A stretch of 61,136 nucleotides of DNA, the filler included, from Bonamia ostreae (taxonomy: Eukaryota), in assembly GCA_040357525.1 (NCBI GenBank). It is 13 parts of 13 records of this genome, joined end to end, with 100 filler letters (N's around TTAATTAATTAA, not from the genome) between each part and the next. Parts side by side here need not be neighbours in the genome. Positions count along the whole stretch, not along the records: positions 33,173 to 37,779 come from JBDODL010000289.1; positions 37,880 to 42,478 come from JBDODL010000290.1; positions 42,579 to 47,151 come from JBDODL010000291.1; 10 more parts are not named here. The stretch is one strand, 5' to 3'. A program made the position numbers and the translations under genes. The notes beneath the pieces are model-generated. The model was given only the letters and a program-made list of their open reading frames with translations, did no database searches and was not told where the DNA came from. This document shows positions 34,797-47,251 of this stretch, in pieces (positions within the stretch are counted from its first letter, which is position 1; every line of letters begins with the position of its first letter).

Positions 34797-36888
34797 CTAA
34801 TTAATCGCATTGAAATTTCTTTTGATGTACATTCTCTTAAAATGGTTTCGTCTTTGGAAAACAACAAAGAGTACGAAAAGAACCGAAAAAGCGCAGAAAA
34901 AGTAAAAGAATAAAACAATAAAAATAGAGATGGAAGCACACGTCATTTCGATATCCCACTCTCCATAAACATCACAAATTGGATATTTTCCTAGCTTCAC
35001 ATATCCTTGCGCACATTTTACTTTACAAATCGATCCAATCGAAGCGTTGTCACAGTAAAAATTTGCGTTTTTCAATTTTAATAAAGCGCTCAATTTACAT
35101 TTATCTAAAAATGGCAAATTAACTTTCTCTACAGAAATTGTAGATCTTTTTGTTGTTGTTGAAACTAAAATCGTTTTGTATATCGTTTGTTTTTGGTAAC
35201 AAAGTGCTTTCAATTTCGTTTGTTTTTGTTGCCTTCTCACAGCTCGAAATATTGATCCATTGCCATTTTCTTTCAAAAAAGACGCAACTCGGCGTTCCCG
35301 TTTTAAAAACAAACCCGTTTGGACAAGATAAAAAACAATCGTTGTTGTTACATATCCTTACTGAATTTAGTATTCCTGGTTTTTCAGTACAAGTAACTAT
35401 TTTTTGAAGTTTATTTTATTGTTACCAACAAAAACTTTTATTACAAGAAGGTACATGATGCCATTCAGCCTTCGTCATATCAGAATTCATTTCACATTTT
35501 ACCGGTTGTCCATTATTTGAAAGAATGTAAGTGCGTTCGCACTTAACGTCACAAGTTTTACCGATTTCTTTGTTTCTACAATCTTCATTCAGTATTAATC
35601 TATTTCCGTTTGGATTTTCGCTACATTTTGCTAAGAAATTAAAGTTTTTTAGAAATTTTCTAGCAAAAACTGGCAACTCAAACTTTATTAATCAGAAACC
35701 TCTGACACAAGAAGGCAACAATGTCCACATGGAACTGTTGTCGCTATAGTTAAAAACGCATTTGACGATAGACTTATCTTGTTTTTCAATTTCGTAGAAT
35801 GGGTGACAAGTTACTTTTATGCAATTGAACTCATTTCTTTTGTTACCACACAATCCACTACTTTTTTCGATCGACGCGTTTTGAATCAGTTTTGTGTCTA
35901 ATTCTGGACAGTTTACTTTACAAAAATTAATTAGTTGAAGCATTGAGGCGTTTGTTTTGTACGCATTTTTTATACTTATCTAGAAATTGAAACATGTGCA
36001 CTACAAACCTTCATGGCAAATATCTTCAACTCTCCAAACTCCAATGGAATTTTCAGCTAGTTCGCAAACAGGATTTCGTCCATTCTTTACAAAATTGTTG
36101 GCACACAAAACGTCGCAATTCTCTGAAACCTTTTTTCCGCTACAAAAAGTTCTTTCCGCGTTTGGTACAATCGGCAAACTATTGCAGAAAATCGGTGCAC
36201 ATTTCTTTATATATCGCCATTCTGGGTTGGTATTTCTGTTTGCGAATGAGCATCTCAATTTTCTGAATCTGGTACCAATTAATTTATATCCGTAAAGACA
36301 TTCGACATTTATTTCAGTGGATGGATGAATGTTATTTAAATTAATGACGTTTTCGGAATTCGGAATTGTTAATGGTGGACATGTTTCTTTTTTGACAAGA
36401 ATATTTTTGTTAATTTACAACTTTTGATGCAAAATGTATTAATATTTGTCCAAGTGCCCAGTTCATCGTTTGGGTTTAACAAAACACAGCGAATGCTTTT
36501 CCTTGACGGTTTATAGAACTTTTTGCAACCAACAAAACATTCCGAACCGATTTTTAGAAAATTGCATTTATTAAAATCTTTCATTCCTTCAATTTTCGTT
36601 ATTCTTTGGCATTGTTCTTTTTAATTAAATTTTTAAACTTTTATTACATTTTGGCAGATTCTGCCATTTTCCTGATTTTGAACATTTTGCAATCTTCTAA
36701 TTAATCTTAAAAACATTGTTGCCATCCAAAATAGAAGTAGAATCACATGAGATAATGCAATTACCTCCAAACAGAGTCTTTCCGCATTCGATTTTAGACG
36801 TTTCTGAAATGTTTTCGATTTGTATGTTTTCACAAATTCGCTGCGAAATTAGATTTCTCAAGAAAATGAGCAAAAAGAAAATTTGCAT
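34797..36888 (-). CDS. Multi-sushi (CCP, ~8 modules) type-I membrane protein
   Basis: Signal MQIFFLLIFLRNLIS. Repeated C..C..C.GY/F...C...W.....C modules, mostly separated by phase-1 introns. TM ISIFIVLFFYFFCAFSVLFVLFVVF. Confidence 0.82.
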
Positions 36889-37108
36889 TTTCGGTTAATT
36901 TTTTAAAATTACCGTTAAATAAATTTTTGTACATTTTTACACAAAAATTAATATAAACGAAATTGTTTGGAGGAATATGAAATTTAAAATAAAATTTACA
37001 GAAAAAATTAAAGGTTCAATTGTCAAGTTGTTTCAAATAGGGGAAAAATTTTGTTTATTTTGAAAATATTTTGCAAAAGTAGAAGACGAAAGTAATAATA
37101 GAAAAGAT

Positions 37109-37779
37109 TTATTTAAATAACAGAAAAGTAATAATAATGAAAGACGCCGAAACGAAAATAAAATTTGAGCAAAATATCAAGAAGGCCAAAATTATTAAAT
37201 ATTTTCTCTTTTTGCAGTTATTTTTACCAACACAAAAATTCCTTTTTAAAAAGTGTCCGTTTTTCGACTTTTTCGTTTTAGCAAATATTTGTTTATTAAA
37301 ATTGCAAATTTGATATTTCGGATCCAATTTTTTATTTTCCACGCAAACTGGTAAAGAAGACCATTTTAAGTTCTTAGTTGAATCGTCTAAAATGCACTTT
37401 ATTTCACTGTTGCCAATAATTTTGAAATTGTTGTTACATGTAACAACGATTTCTGTCCCATATTCAAAATTTTGTGTTTCGGGCAAATCTGAGTTCAGTA
37501 TTGTAATTTTTGGGCATTTTTCTATTTATAAATTTTTTAAATTGTAATTTATAAATCGAAAATTTTGTAAAATTGACAAATTTCAACTTTTAACACAATT
37601 TTCGCCAATATTCCAAACATCTAGAAAATAGCACATAGCGAAGGGATTTTTAGTTTCATATCCAATCACACATTCGAATTTGCACAATCCATACAAAAGC
37701 GTCCCGTCGCAATCCTCAAACTTTTTAATTCCATTAGAAGATGTTGGTGCTTTGCATTCAAATTTGCTATCTGATAATA
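37109..37779 (-). CDS. Second tandem sushi/CCP membrane protein (5' truncated)
   Basis: CKAP..CDGTLLYGLCKFECVIGY..C..W and CPKI..FEYGTEIVVTCNNNFKIIGNSEIKC..KWSSLPVC, with a hydrophobic C-terminus. Confidence 0.8.
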
Positions 37780-37919
37780 NNNNNNNNNNNNNNNNNNNNN
37801 NNNNNNNNNNNNNNNNNNNNNNNTTAATTAATTAANNNNNNNNNNNNNNNNNNNNNNNNNNNNNNNNNNNNNNNNNNNNAAAACTTTTGTCGATTTTTAA
37901 AATTTTAATATAAAAAGAA

Positions 37920-39026
37920 CATTTTTTACGTCAACTCAACAGAATCTGAAAACGGAGAAAATGTTCGGATAGTTGCCGAATTTGCGGGGATGTCCTGGTC
38001 TATCAACGCAAAATTTGTTGACCCGAACAAAATAACTTCCTTTACACAAAAACTATTCAAAAAGTCTAAAACGAGATTAAGAGCGCCCAACAAGCGCAGA
38101 ATCCATAATTCCTTAAAAAGTCCAATGGAACATATAAGCACTGTACGAACAAACAACCGCTATTTTACAAGAGAAAAGTCAGCTACAAATTTATTAAAGC
38201 TCATTGAAAAGAAATTTTATAATTTTTCTACCGTTTTTTTACATTTTGAAAAATAAGATTTAAATATTAAAATGTAAAAAAGTTATAAAATCAAAATTGA
38301 AAATTCGAAAAATTTAAATTTCAATAATAAAAAATTTGAAAGAGAAAATTGAGCAAAAAACAGATACACAAAAAACTTTTATCGCTAATTAAAAACAATC
38401 AAATCGTAAATCTCCGAATAATTTACGAATTGACTAAATCTCTTCCAAAAGCGAAAAGAATTTTGGACGATTTTTTCCAAAAGAATAAAAGCAAATTTGT
38501 CAGTTTTCACGTTGAAGACAATCTGCTTTTGGAATATCTGGGCAGAATTAAAAAACAGTCGTCGTATCAAGAAAAATTGGAGAAACTTGGAGTCGACAAA
38601 GAAAAAGCAGAAAAACTGGTAAATCTGCATTTGGACAGAACGAGAGAAATTTTGGCTGAGCCAAAAAAATCTGAAAATTTTGCGGTTCCGTCGAAACGAA
38701 AAATAGCGCCTCCGCCGAGAAAATTGATTCCGCCGCCGCCTCCGCCGATACCGAAATCTGAAGAGTTGCGACAAAATTTGGAGAAAGAAATCAATCTGAA
38801 AGAATCCAATTTGGAGATCGCGTTAAAACCAGTGACGGTCAATTTGGCAGGGAAGAAGAAATTTGTGTCAGAAATCAATTCAAGAAAAATTCGAAAAATA
38901 AAGAAAAAAGAGTGTTTGAACTGCAAAGCGAAAATGCACATTGCGAAGAAAATCTGCAAAAATTGCGGCGCCGATATGGTCAGAAAAAAAGTCGCTCATC
39001 TGTCGAGTTTCATAAATCCAAACTGA
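37920..39026 (+). CDS. Hypothetical protein with polyproline tract and C-terminal CxxC..CxxC zinc ribbon (5' truncated)
   Basis: PPPRKLIPPPPPPIP; CLNCKAKMHIAKKICKNCG. Confidence 0.55.
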
Positions 39027-39240
39027 CATTCGTCTTTAGCTTTTCCGGATTTTTGTTGCATATATGTTTTAAGGGTCGTTTTTGGATTAATATAAAATAA
39101 ACTGTTGTTGCGCGAATTTTAGTAAAAGGGTGGTATTTCAGAATCAGTTAATTTTAGGAAAAATGGAAATAAAAACTGTTTGGAAAAAATGATTTTTGCA
39201 AATTTAAAAGTACCGAATTTTAGTGAAACGATACTATTTA

Positions 39241-39650
39241 ATGCAGTTCAGAGATCCAAACGCAAAAATAACAAAGAAATCAAAAATGGTGGATAATAAC
39301 AAGCAATTAGCGCTAAAAAATTCTGAACTTAAAAATACAAATATTCGACTTTCTCGCGAAATAAGAGTTTTAAGACATCAAGTAACGCTTCTTCAAAACA
39401 GAATTTCCTACGAAAGAAATGAAAATAAAAATATCAAAGTTAAAATTACAAATTTTTCCCGCGAAAATTAAATTTCTAAATGCAAAAAGAATTTCTATCA
39501 ACGTAAAATAGACGATTTGGAGTTAAAACTGTCTAAAAAACGAGAAAACGACATTTCACATGTTAAAAAAACAACAATTTTACATCTTTTTAAAAAATTA
39601 AAATTGTTGAAAAGTGTTTTAAGACAAAACGATGAAATTATAAATAAAAT
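39241..39650 (+). CDS. Short coiled-coil protein, possibly shugoshin-N-like
   Basis: DNNKQLALKNSELKNTNIRLSREIRVLRHQVTLLQ resembles the Shugoshin_N pattern. No C-terminal SGO motif seen. Confidence 0.3.
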
Positions 39651-39786
39651 AAATTCCAATTTTTTATTGCAAAATCGATAATGAAATCGCCTATTTAATC
39701 TATTTTAAAAAATTAAAAAAACTGAAATATCAAATCCAATCTACTTTTTGGTAAAGTAACTAAAAAACAGTAAAAAAAATTTAATA

Positions 39787-40134
39787 ATGGCAAAAAAACT
39801 ATTCTTCTACATTCTCTCATTCTTATTCATATTTGCAAAATCAAACGAATATACTTTTTGCTCAGCACCGAAAATTCCGTTTGGCTACATCGATCAAAGT
39901 TGTGGAAAAGTTCTTTCCCCAAGAGAAAAATGCAAATTCTTTTGTAACCCGTTATTCAAATCTTCTTTGAAAGAAATAAAGTGCAACGAAGAAGGCGAAA
40001 TTGAACATCTCCCAAATTGCGTTTTCGACGTTTATTGGTTTGTACTCAGTTCAAATTTTGCCTTTCTTGCTTTTATTTTCTTTATTTCGGTTATTGGGGT
40101 AATCTTCAGCTATAAAAAAACAAAAAGTAAATAA
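39787..40134 (+). CDS. Single-sushi type-I membrane protein
   Basis: Signal peptide, CSAPKIPFG..C..CKFFC..IKCNEEG..LPNC, TM and a basic tail. Confidence 0.8.
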   Translation: MAKKLFFYILSFLFIFAKSNEYTFCSAPKIPFGYIDQSCGKVLSPREKCKFFCNPLFKSSLKEIKCNEEGEIEHLPNCVFDVYWFVLSSNFAFLAFIFFISVIGVIFSYKKTKSK

Positions 40135-40345
40135 ATTATTCAATCTTTCCATTCCTACAAATTTTAAATTTATTAAGTGCAAATAATTTTACGCAACTCA
40201 AATTTTTTATAAGAGCGTCACTAAAAAGGGTGAACATTTATTCAAAAATAGAGGTATGTGCAAAAGTGTACATGTAACCGAAAATAAAATGGCGAAACAA
40301 AATTTAGATCTTGTTTCGACGTTTGAAACATAAAATTTTTAAGAT

Positions 40346-41607
40346 TTAATAAAGACCATTTCCGAAAACGAGATCATAGGATCTGCTCCGAATATAGTTC
40401 GACGAACCGTTGTATCTGTTTCTCGGGTTACTTGAGACCATCCCAATGTGCTGAACGACGCTCGGAAAGAAAACATATTCCTTCAGATTCCTTTTCGAAC
40501 CGTACCACTTAATCGCTCTGTCGACAGGCACATTTCGATCCGAAACAATGGCCATGTTCACGATATATCTCGAAATCGACGCCATCTTTTCCGTCTGGTA
40601 CAAATTCGCCACCGCTGTCAAGTGCGATTCAAATTTGTAGACGCCCGCGCCCGTTGCGTAGAACTGCTCGAATTTGCTTAATCGCCGATGCGCATTTGAC
40701 GCGAAAATCATCGTCAAAAAAATCGCGAACAGTGAAAATTGCAACAAAATCGATTTTCGAGAAAAGAACGATGAGGACGATCCGAAAGTTACCATGTACA
40801 TCGCGAAGACGCTCACAGATGATAACAGAACACAAAAAGACGCGATATTGAAGATTTCGTTGATGGAGTACCCGAAAAACTGCTCTGAATTGAACAACTT
40901 GATCCAGAGCCAGTCGTCGCAGTCTTTAGAAAAGGGGTGGAAATGACGTGACAGGAAGAGAAAGAGGTTCCGTGCGACGAGAATGTCGTCTTGCAAGACG
41001 AGAGAATGGCTAGACTTGGTCTCCGAACAGATTTTCATTGCAGCTGCGTAAGATTTCGCCTCTTTCGCACGCCAAGTGCTGGTTTTGAAATATAAGAAGG
41101 GATATGACAGATTGTGAAGATTGATAATTGTGAGATTGCGCCATCCGCGGTATTTTTGGAGAGCGATGTGGTTTTTTGCCTTTTCTTCCGAGTTTAGGAT
41201 AAATAATTTGTATTTTGGTTGATTTGGTGATTTTTTCAGTTCTTCGAGGGCTTTGTTCAATGACAAAAGTGTCTATTTATAAAGAGTTGTAACAATGTTG
41301 AATAAAGTTTTTTGTTTTTGAGTATTTTGAAAGAATTTAAAAGAGCAAATATGATTTTGTGGAAGTTATAAAATACTTTGTCTAGATAAGTAGGAGTTCT
41401 TTTACATGTAACGACAACAACGCAATAGTCCAATCTCTGTTTGGGATTAATGTTTGAGATTGTTTCCAAATCTTCGGAATGAGAATTCATTTGCTTTTTG
41501 AGAGATTTGACGTGACTTTTGAAAACTAAAAATGACTTGTAACCGCCATTTAAGACGAAAAATGTTAAACAACTCATAACAATGACGCTGTAAAATACCT
41601 TCTTCAT
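40346..41607 (-). CDS. PGAP4/TMEM246-like GT-A glycosyltransferase
   Basis: N-terminal TM, CVVVVTCKR..YL, LVLQDD, WLWIKLF...FFGY, two internal TMs and FFPSVVQHIG.SS. Confidence 0.65.
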
Positions 41608-41719
41608 TACTTTTTTAAACTTTAGCAATTTTTTAGCATTGCAACAATGTCCTGTTTTCAAATTGTAATTGCAAATTATGAAACAACCGAAATTGAAAAA
41701 ATTAAAAATCAATTTCAAT

Positions 41720-42236
41720 TTACAGATTATTCTCAAAATCTTCTTTCTTAGTAACCACCAAGCCATCCTCCAACTTTTCCGCGCCGACAAATTTTGCGAC
41801 AAAGTCCAAATCTTCCATCGCCTCTTCAGCCTCTCTGTTATTTGGTTTCATAAAATTGGGACACCACAATGGAATGGCGTGGGGGCACCTCACGCGGATC
41901 TGCCTCCAAATGTAAGCAAACAACAGAGAACTGTACAACAAGACTGCGCCAACGACATTGCCCCATTTCAGAAAAGACAACCCGAGCAAAATCCCGGGGA
42001 TGACGAAAAATGTCAACGAAATGAAGAGGAAGCCATATAATCTGTTTTTGCTTATTTTATAGCCAAGTGCTTGCGCACTAACAATCGGCAAAGAACGAAA
42101 ATAAGGAATGGGGTAAATAAGAAGAATTCCGAAAAAATTGAATAAGAAATGACAGATGGCGATCTGTATTCCTTCTTGAACGCCTTCTCCAATTGCAGCC
42201 AAAAAAGCTGTTATTGTTGTGCCGACGTTGGCGCCT
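41720..42236 (-). CDS. Na+-dependent phosphate cotransporter SLC34/NptA, last exon
   Basis: GANVGTTITAFLAA....QIAICHFLFNFFGILLIYPIP..LPI..AQALG. Confidence 0.88.
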
Positions 42237-42278
42237 TTTATTGTAAAATTTTTTGCTGTTGTATTTTTGAGCTGGTCC

Positions 42279-42478
42279 AACAAAATGAGGCACAAACAAA
42301 AATCGACGACAAAAACAACTAAAAAGTACTTTAAACAAAATGAGGCACAAACAAAAATCGACGACAAAAACAACAACTAAAAAGTACTTTAAACAAAATA
42401 ATGTACAAACAAAAATCGACAACAACAACTAAAAAGTACTTTAAACAAAATGAGGCACAAACAAAAATCGACGACAAA
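42279..42478. repeat. Intronic tandem repeat (~55-58-bp unit)
   Basis: aacaaaatgaggcacaaacaaaaatcgacgacaaaaacaactaaaaagtacttta, about 3.5 copies. Confidence 0.9.
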
Positions 42479-43175
42479 NNNNNNNNNNNNNNNNNNNNNN
42501 NNNNNNNNNNNNNNNNNNNNNNTTAATTAATTAANNNNNNNNNNNNNNNNNNNNNNNNNNNNNNNNNNNNNNNNNNNNGAAAAGACAATTGAAAAAATAC
42601 TCCGATTTTTTATGGAGTTTGATAAGCCGAACAAATATAAAAAGGAAATAGAGCTTTTAAGAAACGAATCAAAGATATTAGACAAAAAGTTGGATCGAGA
42701 GTTCAAGTCGATGCGAGAAAATGTTATTGAAGCTAAGTCAGATCATTTATATTAAATTTTATTCAAAATTTTCTTAAAAATTCTAAAAAGATTTCTCTAA
42801 AAAATAAAGAATATCGATGTTATGCAAATTCTAAGGCCAAATTGATAAATTTTAAATCGATAAACTTTATTCTTTAAAATTTTAATAAGTCAAATTTTAA
42901 ATCGATAAATTAACCAGAAAAAAAATCAATTCAACAAAAACGAATCAAAAACTATTCACAATTAAATGACATAAGAACAATAAGAACAAATGGCGACATA
43001 AGAACAAAGCCCAATTAAATGACGAAAGTACGTTTGGGAAAGGACATCGACCTGTCCAAGAAGTTTTAACGAGGTAAAGTCTCCCATTGTTGTATCCACT
43101 CAACTGACTATCGACCAAAAATTCGATTTTTCTGAAAAGGGATGTCTAAATTTTATTATTATATAAACAACATTT

Positions 43176-43692
43176 ATGAGCGGGATAACGCAAGATTGGA
43201 ACGTTGTGAAGTTAAGGAAGTCTAAACAACCAAAAAAAGCTACTCTGAAAGAGGCGGAAAGAAAAAACCAGGTCTACCAAGTCAAAAAAGGTTTTAAGAT
43301 GCCATTTAAAGCAAATGCCGGCGGACAACGCAAACTTGAAAACACAAATATGAAAGCCCTTAAAGATGAAGAAGACATTAACAATTTTAAACGTTTCTTA
43401 AGTGCTAAATTTTGATGTTTTGGAACCATTTTTATAACGGAAACTTAAATAAAGACAATACAATCAGCCACAGTTTCAAAGTCGCTCTACAAAAAGCGCG
43501 GATGCAAAACAAAATGAGCCAAACAGAATTGGCCCAAGTTCTAACTTGTAAAAATCAAAGAAAGCGAATTTGAAGCCGGCCATTGTGAATTCTTACGAAT
43601 CCGGAAAGGCAATTCCGAATCCTCAAATAATAGCAAAGTTTGAACGGATTCTTAAAGTTAAGTTGCCTCGAAACAAAAAAGCGAATAATTAA
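43176..43692 (+). CDS. MBF1: Multiprotein bridging factor 1 (MBF1/EDF1)
   Basis: [59 protein letters not shown]. Three introns. Confidence 0.93.
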
Positions 43693-43811
43693 ATTGTAAT
43701 CAGCAACAAACAACTTTTAAAGACATAAATTTCAAATCGACAATATTATATGATCAACTTATAATTGTACTAGAAATATATCAATAGCTTTAACGAACAA
43801 AAATCCGTATA

Positions 43812-44324
43812 ATGGTATTAGTGACAGGAAGCCAGAAAAGAGCTAAGCAATTATTTGAAAGACTGAACAAAGTTCTACAGAAAAAGGCGAATAACGACCT
43901 TTTAGCGGTGAATCCTACGATAGCGTATTTTAAAGCCCAATTTGAAATGATAAAATCGAAGGACAGCATAAAAAATCTCGACCAAATCGAATTAGCGCTT
44001 TATAAATGGGAAAATTTTATAAAGAAAATAGACAAACCTCACGTTTCTGGCGTTAGAATCTGCAAAGCGCCTGTTTTGCAAAACATGGGGCAAAAGTCTA
44101 AGAATCAATTTAATTCGCTCAAAAAAACGGTCGAAATAAAAGAAGCACCTCATATAAACCCAAACTCGTCAACCGAAAAATTGTCTAAAATTTCAAAAAA
44201 ATTTGACGAAAAAATCGGTGCAAAAAACAATAAACAAAAATTCGTAGAAATCGATGGATATAAAAACAAAGAACCGACAAGATATGGAGATTGGGAGTTG
44301 AAAGGACGGACAACTGATTTTTGA
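43812..44324 (+). CDS. SDHAF4: Succinate dehydrogenase assembly factor 4 (Sdh8/DUF1674) with LYR-like N-terminal extension
   Basis: C-terminal EIDG..NKEPTRYGDWELKGRTTDF signature. Confidence 0.85.
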   Translation: MVLVTGSQKRAKQLFERLNKVLQKKANNDLLAVNPTIAYFKAQFEMIKSKDSIKNLDQIELALYKWENFIKKIDKPHVSGVRICKAPVLQNMGQKSKNQFNSLKKTVEIKEAPHINPNSSTEKLSKISKKFDEKIGAKNNKQKFVEIDGYKNKEPTRYGDWELKGRTTDF

Positions 44325-44643
44325 ATTTAATTCTTTTCTTCAAATTTTATTCTTCAATAATCAACTCTCTCACAACAAATTCATTATTTTTAGCATTTTC
44401 GTACAAAATAAGCTCCAGTTGTACCAATTCCTAAAGTAAATAAAAATGTCATAAACGTAACAGATATCAGATCAATGTCACTATTGTCAGTAACCAGTAA
44501 AGTTTTAGGAAACATTCATCTTGACATCAGTTTAGAAACAACAGCATCGAGATTCGAACTCATCGACATATTGAAATTAATATTGAAATTAACTTTTCCA
44601 AAGCAACGCAAAAATTAAAAAAATCAATATTGAAAAAATCAGT

Positions 44644-46224
44644 TTAATTTTCCATTTCAGTTTCTTCGTTCGGGGGAGGTACAAACCAAGACAAGCGACC
44701 TCTCTGCCAATCATGCAATATCATCCTCGCACAGTTATTTACATCCGGCTCTCCGCCTTTTAGCAGTTTCCCCGACTTCTTCGCAAATTCTGCCAGAAAT
44801 TGCTCGGGATCCACCCATTCAAACTCGCCGTAAGCTCTTTCCAGAAATTCTTTTTTGACGCGCTTCAGAATTTCCGGAATGTACTGCTCTGGATTTTCGA
44901 CGTTCTCGACTCTAACAACCCCCTTCAAAACGATTTCAGCGTCTGAATCCGAATTGGGGCAGACTACGCCAGGACAGTCGACGAGATAAATTTGTTTGAA
45001 CAAAGTAACGTATTGCCATACTTTCGTTTCGCCGGCGATCGGCGCCACCTTACAGACTTTCTTCTTTTTGAGCGCGTTGATGATCGAGCTTTTCCCGACA
45101 TTCGGATAACCCACAAGTCCCACAGAAATCTGTTTCCGGTGAGAATTCAATTTTGAGTACTGTCGCAACAGCTTTATTAGCGAGCCCTTTCCTTTAAGAG
45201 AAATTTAATAAATTTATCGATTTTTCGAAAATTTAATGTTGTTACAGGCGACGCTTCGAATAGATAAGATTTATTAAAATTTGCCGTTTTAGCATTTTAA
45301 CCATTTCTAAATAAGAATTAAATTTCGAAAAACGCGTTTTTGCCAATTTTAAATATTTTGAACATCGCCAATATATTAAAAACCAAAAGGCCGTTTGATG
45401 GAAGCGTGGAAAGCAATTGCTGGGAAATCTTTGGACAGAATCCTCAGCCATTGGCGAACGGCCCAATTTGGGATGAGGTCGCACTTGTTCAAAACGAAGA
45501 CCATGTTTTTGTGGCAGTCCTTTTTGCGGAAAATCTTTTCGATGTGTTCGGATCTGGTGCCGACGGGGTTTCGCGCATCCAAAACCTGCAGCACAACATC
45601 GGAACTGTCTATCACTTTATACAGCTCGCTCCAAATCCGCTTCGACTGGCCCTTGGAGAAAATGCTTTCCCGCGCTGATTCTGAAATTTGGGCAAAGTCG
45701 TCGTCGTTGTCACTTCTCGTGCTTTTTTGGGTCTTTTGATCAAACTCGGAATGACTTTTGCGAACAGCTTTCGCGAGATCTGTCATGTTTTCGAAACTTA
45801 ATTTCGGGCGTTTTCTGGTCGATTTTGAGCCAAACGTCTGTTCGAAAGTTTCCGTCTCCAAAATTTTGCTGTTTTTCTGCTTTTTGGGCTCCTGTAACAA
45901 AGAAAGGGGCAGTTTCCGCTTTTTCAGGACGATTTTGAAGGGATCGTGCGCTTGGAGGTCCATCGCTTCTTTGAACTCGTCGAGGCTGTTCTGGGAGATG
46001 ACTCTCGTGTTACCGAACCATCTGCGGTCCGGTTGTATTTTCGCTGATGAACCCGTGTCTTTTCCGACGAGGAGAGATTTTGGCTGGTTTTTGAGGAGCG
46101 CTCCTTTTTTGTTTCGAATTGTCTTTTGTTTGTGCAGTCGAAGCCGTTTGGCGGTCGCTGTGTCTCGCTGCGCATTCAACTTGTTTAGTTTTTTGTTTCG
46201 GGGAGCCAAAAGAGTTTTAGACAT
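44644..46224 (-). CDS. NOG2: Nucleolar GTP-binding protein 2 (Nog2/GNL2)
   Basis: PDRRWFGNTR, KGQSKRIWSELYKVIDSSDVV, NKCDL, GYPNVGKSS and DCPG. One intron at ~45193-45383. Confidence 0.96.
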
Positions 46225-46340
46225 TGCGATTAAATATAGTCAACGGGATTCAATATATTGGAATTTTGTATGACTTTTAACATATCGAATTTGTTTAATC
46301 TCTTTACTTAGCCAATTTATTTTTAGCTCTTGAAAGCTTT

Positions 46341-47151
46341 ATGTATTCCTTTTACAAACAGACACATTTCGGCACGAGCATAGAGAATTCCGAGAGAGGC
46401 CATTTCTTCGACTCCAAATCGGAAGTCGTCGCCGTTTCAAAGGGAAACGTACTGGAAGTTTACACCGTTCGGAAAAACAGCAGAAACGACTACAAACTGC
46501 ATTTGACCGGCAGTTATTCTTTCTTCGCTCTAATAAAATGCTTCTGGTTCGCAAAAATTATTTTTGTCAGTTTCGCCAAATTTGCGGGGCATTCGAGAGA
46601 CTCCATTCTACTCGGCTTTGAGAACTCAATGATGTCCATAATCAAATTCAACAAAGCCACTAACGACATCAGAACGATATCAATGCACACTTTCGACCGA
46701 CATTACCGCAATGTTTTCTTTTCTAAATTTATCTGTTGCAGGAAGGATATAGGTCACAGCATTTTAGATATCTCGCGGTGACAGATCCTTTAAACCGCTG
46801 CACAGTAATGTCGGTTTCCGAGTCCAAAGTTTTAGTAATGCCTTTGACCAACAATAATCTCACCTTTCTGAAAAATCAGCGGCGGTTAGTTGAACATAGG
46901 TAAAATTGCGAAATTTAAAAATCGCTAAAATTAAATAGAGATTTGGAACCGGACGAAATAAAAACATCTTCGATAATAAAAGAAAAGTCTATGTTTCTCA
47001 TCGATTTAATTGGGCTCAATATAAAAGAAATAAAAGACATTAAGTTTCTACACGGATATGACCAGCCGTCTATTATTGTACTCCATTCTGCTAAACGCGC
47101 TTGGATGGGGTCCATTTTACATATTTTTGACATCAACATCACTTTTAAAAT
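46341..47151 (+). CDS. CPSF1: CPSF160 (CPSF1) N-terminal part, 3' truncated
   Basis: RDSILLGF..MMSII.F....IRTISMHTF, TDPLNRC, IKEIKDIKFLHGYDQPSIIVLH. Confidence 0.88.
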
Positions 47152-47251
47152 NNNNNNNNNNNNNNNNNNNNNNNNNNNNNNNNNNNNNNNNNNNNTTAAT
47201 TAATTAANNNNNNNNNNNNNNNNNNNNNNNNNNNNNNNNNNNNNNNNNNNN

